A DNA stretch of 56,118 nt from Octopus bimaculoides (GCF_001194135.2 NC_068981.1:73588178-73644295), one strand, 5' to 3'. Shown: positions 1 to 12,256, counted from the first letter of the stretch. Made by a program: numbers and translations. Notes: generated by a model from the letters alone, not told the origin.

Positions 1-17
1 CGTATATTCTCCCTCCT

Positions 18-352
18 ATATACATACACATACATACACATACACACACATACATATACCTCATACACACCTACATATCCACACGTACACACATATATGC
101 ATATATATAAAAAATATAAAAATACATAAACATATCAGTGCACATAAACATACATGCATCCAACCAAACATATATCCATACATATTCATATATATATATA
201 TTTTTTAAATAATAACAACAAAAATATATACATATAAAAAAATATATATATATATTCAAAAATCTACACAAACACATATAGTTTCATACTAAAATATGAA
301 TGTATACACACACACACACACACACACACAGATACACGTGTATATATATATA
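18..352. repeat. Compound (CA)n/(CATA)n/(TA)n low-complexity tract
   Basis: Direct reading of the sequence. Confidence 0.9.
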
Positions 353-581
353 TCTAACACCCATGAACCAGATGTGACGCTTTCAAGTCTCTCGTAGCAA
401 GGTACCAGGTCTTACGGTTCCATTCACTCATTTCTGATAATTACTTGATTTGCCAATTCAATATCGGCATGAAATGATATGCTGATGAGACTATAAAATA
501 TAGATCATAATGATATTCGCATTCTGTTACCTAATAAATGGGTCCCTGTTTATCTGGCCTTTGCAATACTGGAACATTATT

Positions 582-772
582 TGTATGTATGTATGTATGT
601 GTTTATGTGTGTGCATGTGTATGTGTGTATATGCGTACGTGTGCGTATGTGCGTGTATCTGTGTGCATATGCGTACGTGTGTGTATGTGTGTGTATCTGT
701 GTGTGTGTATGTATTATGTGTGTATGTATTGTGTGTATGTATGTATTCTGTGCGTGAGCGTATATGTATTAT

Positions 773-859
<87 letters not shown>

Positions 860-864
860 CGTGT
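582..864. repeat. Compound (TGTA)n/(TG)n microsatellite
   Basis: Direct reading; pure (GT)n from about 776 to 855. Confidence 0.95.
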
Positions 865-1077
865 GAGTTCAGATCTAGAATCTATTTTATGTTTTTGCGT
901 ACTTAAATTTTACATAAACATTTTATTGCCCCGCACACGTTTCGTCTAATGTATTCGTAAATACAAACCCGTTTGTCTAAAATTCCTTCCAGTACATTTG
1001 TGGTACTTGAAATCTTCAGTAAAAAAGAATATTTTCCATGGTTTATTAGGAAGGGAAAAAATTATTTCCCTTCATTG

Positions 1078-1158
1078 AGAGAAGAGAGAGGGGGGAGAAA
1101 GAGAGAGAGAGAGAGAGAAATGAGAGTGAAAGAAAGAGCGAGAGAGAGAGAGAAAAAA
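1078..1158. repeat. (GA)n-rich tract
   Basis: Direct reading. Confidence 0.9.
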
Positions 1159-1803
1159 CGAGGAAGAGGCATGCAGCGCGTATACAAATATGCACACAGT
1201 CAGATGCGCTCTCATCCATGCAAACACAAGATAGAAACAACCCCTACACACACACCACACACACCACACACACACACATCAAACGTACAATTAATAGCGA
1301 AAGCTCACGCACAAATCAGCATACAGATATAACATACGAAAACAAACCCACATAGTCTCTCTGTCACTCACAAGTACAAACAGAATGCATGGACTCATTT
1401 GCAAAATAAAACACACATTCGCACATCTAATAGAGATTAGGTGCATACAGACAGAGAAGTTAATACGAAAATATACACATGCATAAGTCTTAGACACGTA
1501 TGACACAAATAAACACATAATATGCAGTATTTTGTGAATGAACACATAGATGAATAACTTTAGCCATCATGAGCAAATATTCGCACAACTAACCTCTAAT
1601 TGTTATATTCTCCATTATAAATGTATTTAGTAGGCAGTTTCTTTGCATGTTAAATAAAGGTGTTTTTATAGATTCGGTTTTTTTTTCCGTGCACTCTTAA
1701 GATATAATTGGGTATATACTTCTTTTTTTTGTTTTTGTTTTTTGTATTTTATTTTTGTCACAGTTTTTCTACATCCAATGCTTATTTAATATGCATTCAC
1801 CTC

Positions 1804-2210
1804 AAGGCGGCGAGCTGGCAGAAACGTTAACACGCCGGGTGAAATGCTTTGTAGTATTTCGTCCGCCGCTGCGTTCTGAGTTCAAATTCCGCCGAGGTCG
1901 ACATTGCCTTTCATGCTTTCAGTGTCGATAAATAAAGTACCAGTTACGCACTGGGGTCGATGTAATCGACTTAATCCCTTTCTTTGTCCCCTCTATGTTT
2001 AGCCCCTTGTGGGCAATAAAGAAATAAGAAACGTTAGCACGCCGGGCGAAATGCTTAGTGGTAATTCGTCTGTCTTTACATTCGAGTCCAAATTCCGTCG
2101 AGGTCGATTTTGCCTTTTTATTCTTTCAGGGTCGATAAATTAAGTACCAGTTGCATACTAGCACACTCCCCCAAAATTTCAGGTCTTGCGCCTAGAGTAG
2201 AAAAGAATTT
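1804..2210 (+). mobile_element. tRNA-headed SINE family A, head-to-tail pair (1804-2027 plus 5'-clipped 2028-2210)
   Basis: GGCGGCGAGCTGGCAGAA A-box-like head, GAGTTCAAATTCC B-box and body GCCTTTCAT...GTCGATAAA..AAGTACCAG, which recurs at 10 other loci in the window. The body resembles the Meta/Sauria-type SINE domain as recalled. Confidence 0.9.
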
Positions 2211-2680
2211 ACTATCAGCCCTGTTTCTTAATTATCTTTTTTTTTTCATGTTTTTACATTTTTTGCGTTCAATTTTTCGCACAATAAACTATAATTTCAC
2301 TGTGCATACATGTATTCATAAGTACTAACACCGCTAAAGTGTAATGCTTTTATATGTGCGCGTCTGTGACTGTATTTACGTTTACACCACGTACAATCGG
2401 CGATACTGTTGTTTATGTGCCGTAGCATAGATGATCAAGTAATAATGATCGATAACATAGACCAGAGTTAATAATAGATATTGATGTGTGTGTGTGTGTG
2501 TGTGTGCGTGTGTGTGTGTGTATGTAAANNNNNNNNNNNNNNNNNNNNNNNNNAAGGATATATATATATACTTCTAATATAAGGATGACTGTGGGTAGAG
2601 AAGATTGCTACCTATCTTATTTGATAACCCACAGTTATCACATTCGGTTAAAATGTCTTATGGTTAAGTTGGCTCTTACG

Positions 2681-2772
2681 TATTTCCCTGAAGAGAAGAT
2701 TACATCTTTATGAATATCACCGATTCCTTTGAAAGGAACCATTTGTAATCTTCGAAACATATGTCGGAAATA
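2681..2772 (+). ncRNA. Type I hammerhead ribozyme (canonical core) in a PLE-type terminal module
   Basis: Stem I TATTTCC(2681-87)/GGAAATA(2766-72); CTGAAGA 2688-94; stem II GAAGATTACA(2695-2704)/TGTAATCTTC(2744-53); GAAA 2754-57; stem III C-ATAT-G; GTC cleavage triplet 2763-65. Confidence 0.85.
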
Positions 2773-2812
2773 AAAGAATTCATTTAACATATGCGTATTA
2801 CTCCATTTATTA

Positions 2813-2817
<5 letters not shown>

Positions 2818-2845
<28 letters not shown>

Positions 2846-3001
2846 CGCGTAAATATATGTTTATTTATTTATATATACGTATATATGTATTTATGTATTT
2901 ACTTATATATGAGTATGTATGTATATATATATTTATTTATATATGCGTACATATATATATTTATATATGAGTAGATATATATTTATTTATTTATATATGC
3001 G

Positions 3002-3033
<32 letters not shown>

Positions 3034-3075
3034 GATATATATATATATGTTTTTATATGCATATACATTCATACA
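2818..3075. repeat. Compound (TA)n tract
   Basis: Direct reading. Confidence 0.9.
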
Positions 3076-3235
3076 TGTATCCATACAGATATCTTGTATC
3101 TTGGAAGGGTCATTACGCCAAAAAACAAATACAAAAATGAAGTATTTGTGTATGAATAGTCAGTGAACGCAACTGAAACAACATTGAATTGAAACAGCCA
3201 TCTACATGCTGCCGTGGGCTTTGTCCGAGAGAAAA

Positions 3236-3328
3236 TCTCAAGAACACAACACACAGTTCGGTCTAGAGATCGAACTCACTACCTCATGATTGTGAGCCTG
3301 ACTCTCTAACCGCTGAACCATGCGCCTT
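3236..3328 (-). mobile_element. SINE family D head fragment
   Basis: Reverse complement matches the head at 48291: GGCGCATGG..CAG.GGTTAGA...GGCTCACAATCATGAGGTAGTGAGTTCGAT...TGTGTTGTGTTCTTGAG. Confidence 0.85.
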
Positions 3329-3362
3329 CACCACACACGCGCGCGTGCGCACAGACAGACAG

Positions 3363-3393
<31 letters not shown>

Positions 3394-3699
3394 CGCACGC
3401 ACACACACACACACATTCTGTCATAGCCAGAATAGATGTCTTACTGATTTATAAACAAGAATTGAATTCATCCCAATGATGCTATTTTTAATCTCTTGTC
3501 GATCGTTCAAATCTGTTTATCATGCAGTGTCGATCGTCCAAATTTGTTCATCACTCACTTAGTGTTAACGTGTTTTCTGCGTGATTACAGAGCCCTGATT
3601 GGCTGATGTGCTCTGATTTACTGATCCAATTTTTGATAAGCCGTCACTAAAATATCTTATGACAATTCGTTCTTGTTAATCACTTTCCTATCGTAAAGA

Positions 3700-5072
3700 A
3701 TGCCTGGTCGAAGAATTTCGTCGGAAAGTCATACTCTAATAAAAATTCTGTACGAAGAAGAATAGAGCACTCGACAAATTGGAAAAAACATCTAAATTGA
3801 CACAGAGAACTGTTTCAAGGGCAATAAACAACTCGAAATCTACTGGAAAATATGGATGTGACAAGCCTACGAGTCGTCCAAAAGCCACCACCTAGCGAAT
3901 GGATGATGCTGTAATTCTAGCCGCCAAAAAGTCACCCAGAAAGGTTTCCGAAGCTTTTCAAGCTGGTCTACTGCAAGAAGACAAGGCTCCTAGCCAAAGG
4001 ACAATTCGTAGAAGATTATTTGATGCCGGCCTTAAGTCCTACAAATGTCCAAGGAAACCAAGATTAACCTAAAAAAATATTGCTGATCGTTTGACATTTT
4101 GCCAAAAGTATAATAATTGGTCAGTCGAACAATGGAAACATTATATTTTCGGATGAAACGCAGTTGTTACAATTTTGTGCAGACATGTGAGATGACCTCC
4201 TAAGCGAAGGGATAATCCTCGCTACGTTATCCCAAGTGTTAAAAATGCTCCAAAAGATATGGTGTGGGGAGCTATTTGTGCTGGTGAAATATGCGGACTG
4301 TGGTTTATGCATGAAGGTGGAACTATCAAGGGAACTAATTCCCTTGAAATTATGCAAAGGTAAGTCCTACCATTTATGGAGCTCAAGTATTGTACACACT
4401 TCCAGCATGATGGGGCACCATGCCACCAGACTAGAGCAGTGGTTAGCACTCCGTCGCTTACGACGACGCGGTTTCCAGTTGATCCGATCTACGGAACAGC
4501 CTGCTCGTGAAATTAACGTGCAAGTGGCTGAGCACTCCACAGACACGTGTACCCTTAACGTACTTCTCGGGATATTCAGCGTGACACAGTGTAACACGGA
4601 TGGCCCTTTGAATTACAGGCACAACAGAAACAGGAAGTAAGAGTGAGAGAAAGTTGTGGTGAAAGAGTAGAGCAGGGTTCGCCGCCATCCCCTGCTGGAG
4701 CCTCGTAGAGCTTTAGGTGTTTTCGCTCAATAAACACTCNNNNNNNNNNTCGCCGCCATCCCCTGCTGGAGCCTCGTAGAGCTTTAGGTGTTTTCGCTCA
4801 ATAAACACTCACAACGCCCGGTCTGGGAATCGAAACGGTGATCCTATGACCGCGACTCCGCTGCCCTAACTACTGGGCCATTGCGCCTCCTCAAGAGCAG
4901 TAAAGCAGTGGCTAAGTTATTCTGAGTATGAGATCTTAGGTCCATGGCCAAGAAATTCCCCTGATCTCAACCGAATAGAGCACTGTTAAGTTATTCTGAA
5001 ACAGAACGTAGCCGCTCGTAATCCAACCTCACTATCGGAGTTGAAAAGTGCCATCACTGATACCGCAACACA
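3700..5072 (+). pseudogene. Decayed Tc1-family transposase (reconstructs as DD35E), interrupted by a SINE
   Basis: ATG at 3700. Translated motifs with stops and frameshifts: SRPK, RTIRRRLFDAGLKS, KPRLT, W..EQWK..IFSDE (~4145-58), MVWGAI, FQHDGAPCH (~4400-26) and GPWPRNSPDLNRIE (~4939-80). Confidence 0.9.
4446..4890 (-). mobile_element. SINE family C (OR1-like, tentative), full length, inserted in the Tc1 catalytic domain
   Basis: Reverse-complement head GGAGGCGCAATGGCCCAGTAGTTAGGGCAGCGG matches the copies at 18591 and 44160. Candidate TSD AGAGCAGT at 4433-40 and 4894-4901. Contains a 10-N gap. Confidence 0.9.
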
Positions 5073-5335
5073 TATTTAATCATTGATCTTTTCAATCAGA
5101 GTCAACTTGAAGCCAAAGAACAACTGTAACATCCTCGAATTTGTGAGAGATCGATAAAGTCAAAGTAAAAATTGTTCGACCCACACACATGACTGTGAAA
5201 GAGGGAGAAATATGTCAAAATCGAACCGAATGAGATTATCAATTCAATTGTAGAGTAACAAAACTACATACTGTATATCATATAGCCAGCTATTTACTCG
5301 TTCTATCGATCTATTTACCTACAGCAAATTGTGAT

Positions 5336-5656
5336 TACTATTAGTGCCCATCAAAATTATACAGTTATATACAAAAAATTGCTTATTGCAAATTTTTAGA
5401 TAAGCATGGCATACATACTTTGCTTTGGAATTGCATATTTCTAAAACGTTTGATTTCTGAGTTTGTTTGCAAAGATGTTACTTCCAAAGACTGCACCGTC
5501 AGTATTATCTTTGTGCTCTGCCTTCTAACTCAAGAATCACACGCTTCAGAAATATGCAATTCCAAAGCAAATTATGTATGCCATGCATCTCTAATAGTTT
5601 GCAATAAACATATATTTTTCTATATAACTGTATAATTTTGATGGGCTCTAATAGTA
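5336..5656. mobile_element. MITE-like foldback element with ~107-bp inverted arms and TA at both ends
   Basis: Arm 5336-5442 is the reverse complement of arm 5548-5656. The inner 39 bp have one mismatch, and the spacer is 105 bp. Confidence 0.8.
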
Positions 5657-5755
5657 CATCCTCTAATAGTACAGTAACTGGTCAGAAAGTTCTTCACCAA
5701 AAGAATAATATTATACTCAAAATTTGAACTATTTTCTCCATATTGTCCTGCTCCC

Positions 5756-5767
5756 CACACACGCACA

Positions 5768-5856
<89 letters not shown>
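5756..5856. repeat. (CA)n microsatellite
   Basis: Direct reading. Confidence 0.97.
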
Positions 5857-5858
<2 letters not shown>

Positions 5859-6384
5859 CAAATTCCAGCCTCTTTCCCTTCTTGGTAAGACCTTCGAATT
5901 AAGGATATCTGTCCTCACCTTTCCAACAATTTGGTAGGCCCTCCTGACTAAAAGATGAAAAAAAACAACAACAATTAACTTTTAGGAACTTTGTGAGTAA
6001 TGAGTAGCACCTCGATGTGAGCCACATTCAGAAGATGGAAAATGCAAAGATGCTCACTGGGGTGGCAATGCCTCATTATCCGAGGAATTTATCCGATAAA
6101 GATTGAGCAGGAAAGTAACGTACCGCTGTGAATGATAAGTGAAGCTTCCATATGTCCTCGAAAGTCGAGTAAGAGGGATCGATCCTTGGTCTATATGTAG
6201 TAGGATGCGTGCTCTCTCTCAACCTATTCAGGGCTTGTTGGAGTACTCGCCTGATGTTTAAGTATCAGGTTAGAAAACAAGTAGAGCTGGTGTGTCATAC
6301 ATGCCTACACGCTAATACTGAAATGCATGGGTCTCAGGAATAAGAGCCAGAAATATCGGTACAGAATATGACCCTGGCTCTTGT

Positions 6385-6520
6385 CACCTTAGCGCAACAA
6401 TTCTTTTTACTAAAGACACAAGGCCTAAAATTTTGGGTGAGGGTATTGGGCGATTACATCGACCCCAGTGCCCCGAAACGATGAAAGACAAAGTCCAAAT
6501 CAACGAAATTTAAATTCAGA
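6385..6520 (-). mobile_element. SINE family A fragment
   Basis: cacaaggcctaaaattttggg...gattacatcgaccccagtg..ccccgaaacgatgaaagacaaagtc matches the reverse complement of the family A body and tail. Confidence 0.75.
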
Positions 6521-9500
6521 ACAAAGTATTTTATTTAGGGTGTTAACGATTCTGCTAGACGAACATGTGGAGAATGTCGATATGACCTGCAACAATTTCT
6601 GATCCACTAAGAGTCTGCATGGATATCTGGGGCCTGATAAACCCCGATGAAAGCATAACGTTCTTGGAGTTATATCATAGTGAGCGAAAGGAAACGATAT
6701 CAATTAAAACTTAGTGTTGTGAGGAAAAAGACTCAGTCATTCATGTTGTGGTAAAGACTTCTTGAAGACTTTCTGTCCAGAAGAGGAAAAGCAAAAGGAA
6801 AATAAATGGCGGTACAAAATACGAGCCCACCAAGGGCAAGACTGTAGATACTGGTGCCGCTATTGCTGCTACAATACTACTCACCTCTCTATGGATAGCC
6901 AGGGGAGAAGTAACAGCAACCGAAATTATCCATTCCTCCCTGCTGCCAGTACCAGTATGAAGTATAGTACCTAGAAGTCGAAAGAGTTCCTCAACTGGGA
7001 AAAGGCTTTGAACATCAGACCCATTCCATTATCTTCTGCTAATTAAGAGGTGGTAAAGATGGGCAACTGTCAGAGAGAAAGGTGGGGAACTGTCAGAGAG
7101 AAAAATAGGCAGTAAGGGCAAACAAAATTAGCACCGACTAAAAGCAAGTAACAGACAGGTGGTCCCTCATAAGTAGTTTTACCCCGCTCCTGCAGAAGTT
7201 GAATTTAAACGGTTTTCAGAAACAACTAGAAACTCGTGCAGCACCAGAATAACGTGAGGAGAAACAGAGTAGTTTTCTAATTGAAGAGGATGTAGTGACA
7301 GTAATAAATAGCCTATCAATTTGAACATCAAATTATAGGCTGTAAAGTAAAAGCCATGTCTGAAGTCTATACACAGTTAACGAATTATTTTTCATACTGA
7401 GTCGCAGATATCGCAGTTCTACTTCTTTTAAATTCAATGTTACACATGGGTCAATTGGAAGGATCTTGCTTGCAGAAAGTTATAGGAACTGAATGAAGGA
7501 GTTAAGAGACACCCTGATCTTATTGGATCTTTTCTCTTTGTGCGTAGTTTACTCTTGTTTATTTCGAGTAATAAATTCTTAACCTGTTTTAATATATTCT
7601 ATTATGTTCACCCCACATATATTCCTTTGTAGATATGCACATCCCGTCATGTTTTGTATAAGTTTTGTATTGCAGCTCACTGTGAATTGCATTCAAATAA
7701 TGTGCTCAAGATTTGAATATTCATTAGTCTACTTCATATTTTGTGATTAGGTCAGAGTTAAAGTTAGTTAATCTCATTGTATGACTTATTTGAATGCCAT
7801 CTTTATTGCATAGCATAAAAGGCATATGTAAATGTTCTAAAGAAAGTGGCAAGTGATGATTTTAGCATTATGACTTTTGAACAGTAATCGAATAATTATT
7901 TAGTTATAATTCTGATCAAAGCCGTTGTAAATGAGTTTAATTGATGGGCTGGATTGATAAGTGTCAAATCTAGCTTGTAACTTGCGTTATCAATTAAGCG
8001 GAAATTGTGGTTTGACTTGAGATTAAAAGAAATAATCATTTAAATAAGGCATAATTGTATCAATCAAAGAGAGAAACTTCGATCTACTGAATGGAGAATA
8101 AAGAAAAAGTAAAACAATGTTTTTTTAGTAAAATAAAATTTCTTCGGCTTCTTTTCCTTGCAAGGAATGGTAAAGTATTACAAGTGGCAGGTGTCGAAGC
8201 AGCTGATAAGAAAGATAGTTATGATTAACGAGTTATGTGAAACGTGAAAATGGCGGATTAAACGTCACAAACTACAGCTACTTTAGACTTAACTACCATT
8301 TAACAGAGGTTGGAAGACAGCTGCTGTGAATAGTTAATATTGTGTTTACAGAACTTTCCTGGGTACTCTGCGGATGACGAGCCTGAAAATAGATTTAGTT
8401 CAGTGATGTTGACTTCTGGTCTACAACTTTTTCTGATCTTGTACCTAGCATCAGTACATCTAACAAAAATAGCTATTAGTTTGCTTCTCCATAGTGAATT
8501 TGATTTTATATTTACGCATAAATTTTCGTATGGAAATTCCCCTGCTGCTATTATGAAATTAGAGTACCATCCAGTTACATGAACCAAGTTTTACCTTTTT
8601 ATTTTCCACTTCCGGGAATTGTCTTCAAGTTGTTCCATACTGACGTTAGCCAATATAAAGATAAATATTTATTTGCTTCTCTCAAATGTTAATATATCTC
8701 GACATCTAGTTGAAAGAAAGCCCTTCTGAAACTCAGCATCAAAATTCCTTTCTAAGGTGATTTTTTTTCCATCTTCAATCAATGTCTTGTCAGTTTCGAG
8801 GTTGATAACTTATAAATCTTTTCTGCTGGTACCACTGTGAAACGATTAATTTCCTCAACACGAATCATCTGACTATATGAAATAAACACACTATCTCTCA
8901 ATTTTACATATCGCAGTTTCCTCTTCGAATAAAGAAATGATGTTGACCAAACAGTGAGACACAGGGAGAAAGAAAACTGAATACTACAATTTACATTCGG
9001 TTTTCTCGGTATGCTAGAATCGTGAATGTTTTGCAGCTAAGCATAGATGATATTAATGGCTTTATTTTATACATCCCATGTAATAGTGTAATAGTGTTTT
9101 GCAAATTCATTCCTTGACAAGAAGATATATATATATAAATCGTAAATCTGCAATGGCTCCATAACTACAATATCAGCAATAACCTTGGAGCCTTAGTAAT
9201 CTGTTACAACACTTACCTAACGTACCTAATCGTTTAGATCACCTGTGAACTAAACCCCCATATTTTGTATACATAAGCCGCCTGCAATACTTTAAAATCA
9301 CAAGAGAATGAAAGTACTTTACCTTCTGCTACTAGCCAACAACAAAGAATATAATAGCGAAATGTTTACAAATGCAAATGTCAATGAAAGTTTGGAGAGT
9401 TAGACTATTCCATGAAGGACCCTGCTGCGCTTTTATAATGGAGTGATCACTCCAATATATTTTCTAAAAACAAGAGCCAGTTGAATCTGTTCAAAGCTAG

Positions 9501-9699
9501 AAAATTTGATTAAATATTTGTTAATAGGACTATGATTTCATATTCCAGGCTACTAAGCAGTTACACCACATGAATATGTGAAGATTAAATCTATTTGCAA
9601 TAAAATGCATGCATGACTTGCGACAGAGTGAATCGGCAGACAGCCGGCTTTATACAATAAAATAATTTATAGCTGAATGATTCGAAAGAAGAAAAAAAT

Positions 9700-10190
9700 C
9701 AATGTTAAACAAAAGAGTGAATTACACTATTAAAATCAAGGGAATTCTTTCCCTTAACATCATTGCTGTAGTTGAGTAGAGAATACTGAGATAGACGATA
9801 TACTATCGACAGTTTCTGCTGTAACAAAGACGACTACCTTTCCAAACATAACCAAGCAATTCTAAACAGGAGATAATTCTACTAAGTCACTTCATGAAGA
9901 TAGCAACATCGTCATAATTTCGACTGATAATTAAATTACAACTGTAGGTATAAATAAGAAAGATTACACGAATAAGCTTACTAGATCAGGCTACAGAAGG
10001 TCCCTACTAAAGAGGTAAGAATGTTGGAACTACGCTTGTAATAAAGGATCATAAGTTCCATCAAAGGCGAAGTACATGTTTCTTTGTAACCCAAGGTTAA
10101 CCCTGAATATCCAGGTCTAACTACCGCGTTTTATAAGGTACACGAATGTGTTCTTTACTTAAGGTGAAAAATGTGCAAGTCGAAGGAGAT
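9700..10190 (+). mobile_element. Highly decayed PLE reverse-transcriptase N-terminal region
   Basis: Translated SLHEDSNIVIISTDN*ITTVGINKKDYTNKL (ADKG-type region), followed by PRF.. and KVHE.VLYLR (resembling PKIHK..PLRP). Confidence 0.5.
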
Positions 10191-10247
10191 TTGACTGCTA
10201 TTTATACCAGATCAACATAGAAGCTCCATCGTTAGCTCACCGAAGCA

Positions 10248-10364
10248 CACACATACACAGGCACACACGCGCACGCACACACACACACACACACACACAT
10301 TCTCTCTCTCTCTCTCTCTCACTCTCTCTCTCTCACTCTCTCTCTCTCTCTCACTCTCTCTCTC

Positions 10365-10424
<60 letters not shown>
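10248..10424. repeat. (CA)n followed by (TC)n microsatellite
   Basis: Direct reading. Confidence 0.95.
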
Positions 10425-10429
<5 letters not shown>

Positions 10430-11059
10430 GCATCTAATGATCAATGGAAAGTTTTCATGAAGCTGCATTTTATTAAACAGCTTAATAAATGTGGTAGGGA
10501 GTCGATAAAATTGTCTTAATAAATTTTATATCCTAAGATAATCGTAGACATCTTAACAGGTTTAGTCTCGCCTTACTGCATTAGACATGCGACCGTTCAA
10601 ATTAAAGTTGGGGATATCTCGTCTGTATACAGGCTTACCAGCTAAATAAAGTTTTCAAAGAGTCAAATGTGTGTATACACTTAAAGTACAGTTGACCAGA
10701 CTCCGCCAGTTTAGACAGCTTCTATCGAACAATGTTTTGGCACATTAATTTAACCACATGAAATGAAAGAAAATGGAGTACTTAACAACCATTACAGTAT
10801 CAGGCATAAATGCAGTTACGTTTAGGTTTTGTAAAAGTTCCGCGATGATATTGCGTGATTGAATGTGAAAATGCTACGTATTTTGAAGCGAGCATAGATG
10901 GATACATGGATAGATAGATAGATTGGTAAATAGACACACACACATATTTATACATACATACGTGTATATGTACATACATATATACATATGTATATACGTA
11001 AACACACATACACACACACGCACACACATACACATATGTACATATATATACATATGGCG

Positions 11060-11131
11060 CGGTTACTGATGAGAATTTCGGCTAGCAAATTATTTTATTT
11101 GCTAAAAAAATTGAAAACCTAGGTATAACCG
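11060..11131 (+). ncRNA. Type I hammerhead-like motif, near-canonical, in a ~230-bp module between microsatellites
   Basis: Stem I CGGTTA/TAACCG; CTGATGA 11066-72; extended stem II with TAGCAAAT/ATTTGCTA; palindromic ACCTAGGT stem III; GTA triplet 11123-25. The stem II-GAAA junction reads TTGAAAAC instead of TTCGAAAC. Confidence 0.7.
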
Positions 11132-11432
11132 TAAACAAATAACAAGGTAAAAGTTTTTATTTTTTATTCGCTTTCAAATTGCTCTTAAATGTGGTTTTGG
11201 TCGTTTTGACTGCTCCTTCTAGCGTGTGAAATTACCTGTTGAAGGTAGTTTCTCTTGTGTTTAAATGTACACTTTCTGATATATATATNNNNNNNNNNNN
11301 NNNNNNNNNNNNNNNNNNNNNNNNNNNNNNNNNNNNNNNNNNNNNNNNNNNNNNNNNNNNNNNNNNNNNNNNNNNNNNNNNNNNNNNNNNNNNNNNNNNN
11401 NNNNNNNNNNNNNNNNNNNNNNNNNNNNNNNN

Positions 11433-11513
<81 letters not shown>

Positions 11514-12099
11514 ATATGCACACATACATACATACATACATATATGTAGGTGGTATATACGCGAATAAACCTAAGCAGTATACGTTTAGTTAATCTAAAG
11601 TTCATATATAACCACTGCAATTGTGCAACCATTCATAAATAATCTCCGGCTGTTTTAATTTATGTGTATGTGAATTAAACAAATAAGATGAAGGTAACTC
11701 AAATATATCACGTAAATAGAACTCTTTACATTTACTACATCTTTACGTTGTGCGACATCAAGATTTTACAGTGACTATTCATGTCATCAGCAGCTGGTGA
11801 ACTAAATGGAGTGATTCGTATAGCCTCTAACCAATGGTTGGTGTTTAAATCGACCAAAGTAGAGGAAAGAATATATATTAATCTATATATCACCAAGGAA
11901 TGGAATATCTCTTAGAAAGGTGTAAAAGAAATCTCTTCAAAGTGTCATGCTAGGGGAATATAAGTCGGTATGTTTGAATATATGTCAGGTGTTATATAGC
12001 CAATAGACTCAAAGGGACTTAAGCAGTACTATTTTAGTTTATCGAGGTGAGATATTTATTTAATAAGACTGTACATCGATTCAACAAGTGCATATAATC

Positions 12100-12256
<157 letters not shown>

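Noticed and set aside
478-526. CTGATGA followed by a GACTATA/TATAGATC stem
   Set aside because: GAAA is replaced by ATAA and stem I has only 3 bp, which is insufficient for a hammerhead call.
71-1332. ORFs rich in VC/HT/YI/ER (and similar ones throughout the ORF track)
   Set aside because: They are translations of dinucleotide and tetranucleotide microsatellites, which lack stop codons in some frames.
4679-4810. Exact 61-bp duplication inside the SINE
   Set aside because: It is identical on both sides of a 10-N gap, which points to an unmerged contig overlap.
8300-8587. Overlapping 95-aa (minus) and 80-aa (plus) ORFs
   Set aside because: No recognisable motif, and the lengths are within chance expectation.
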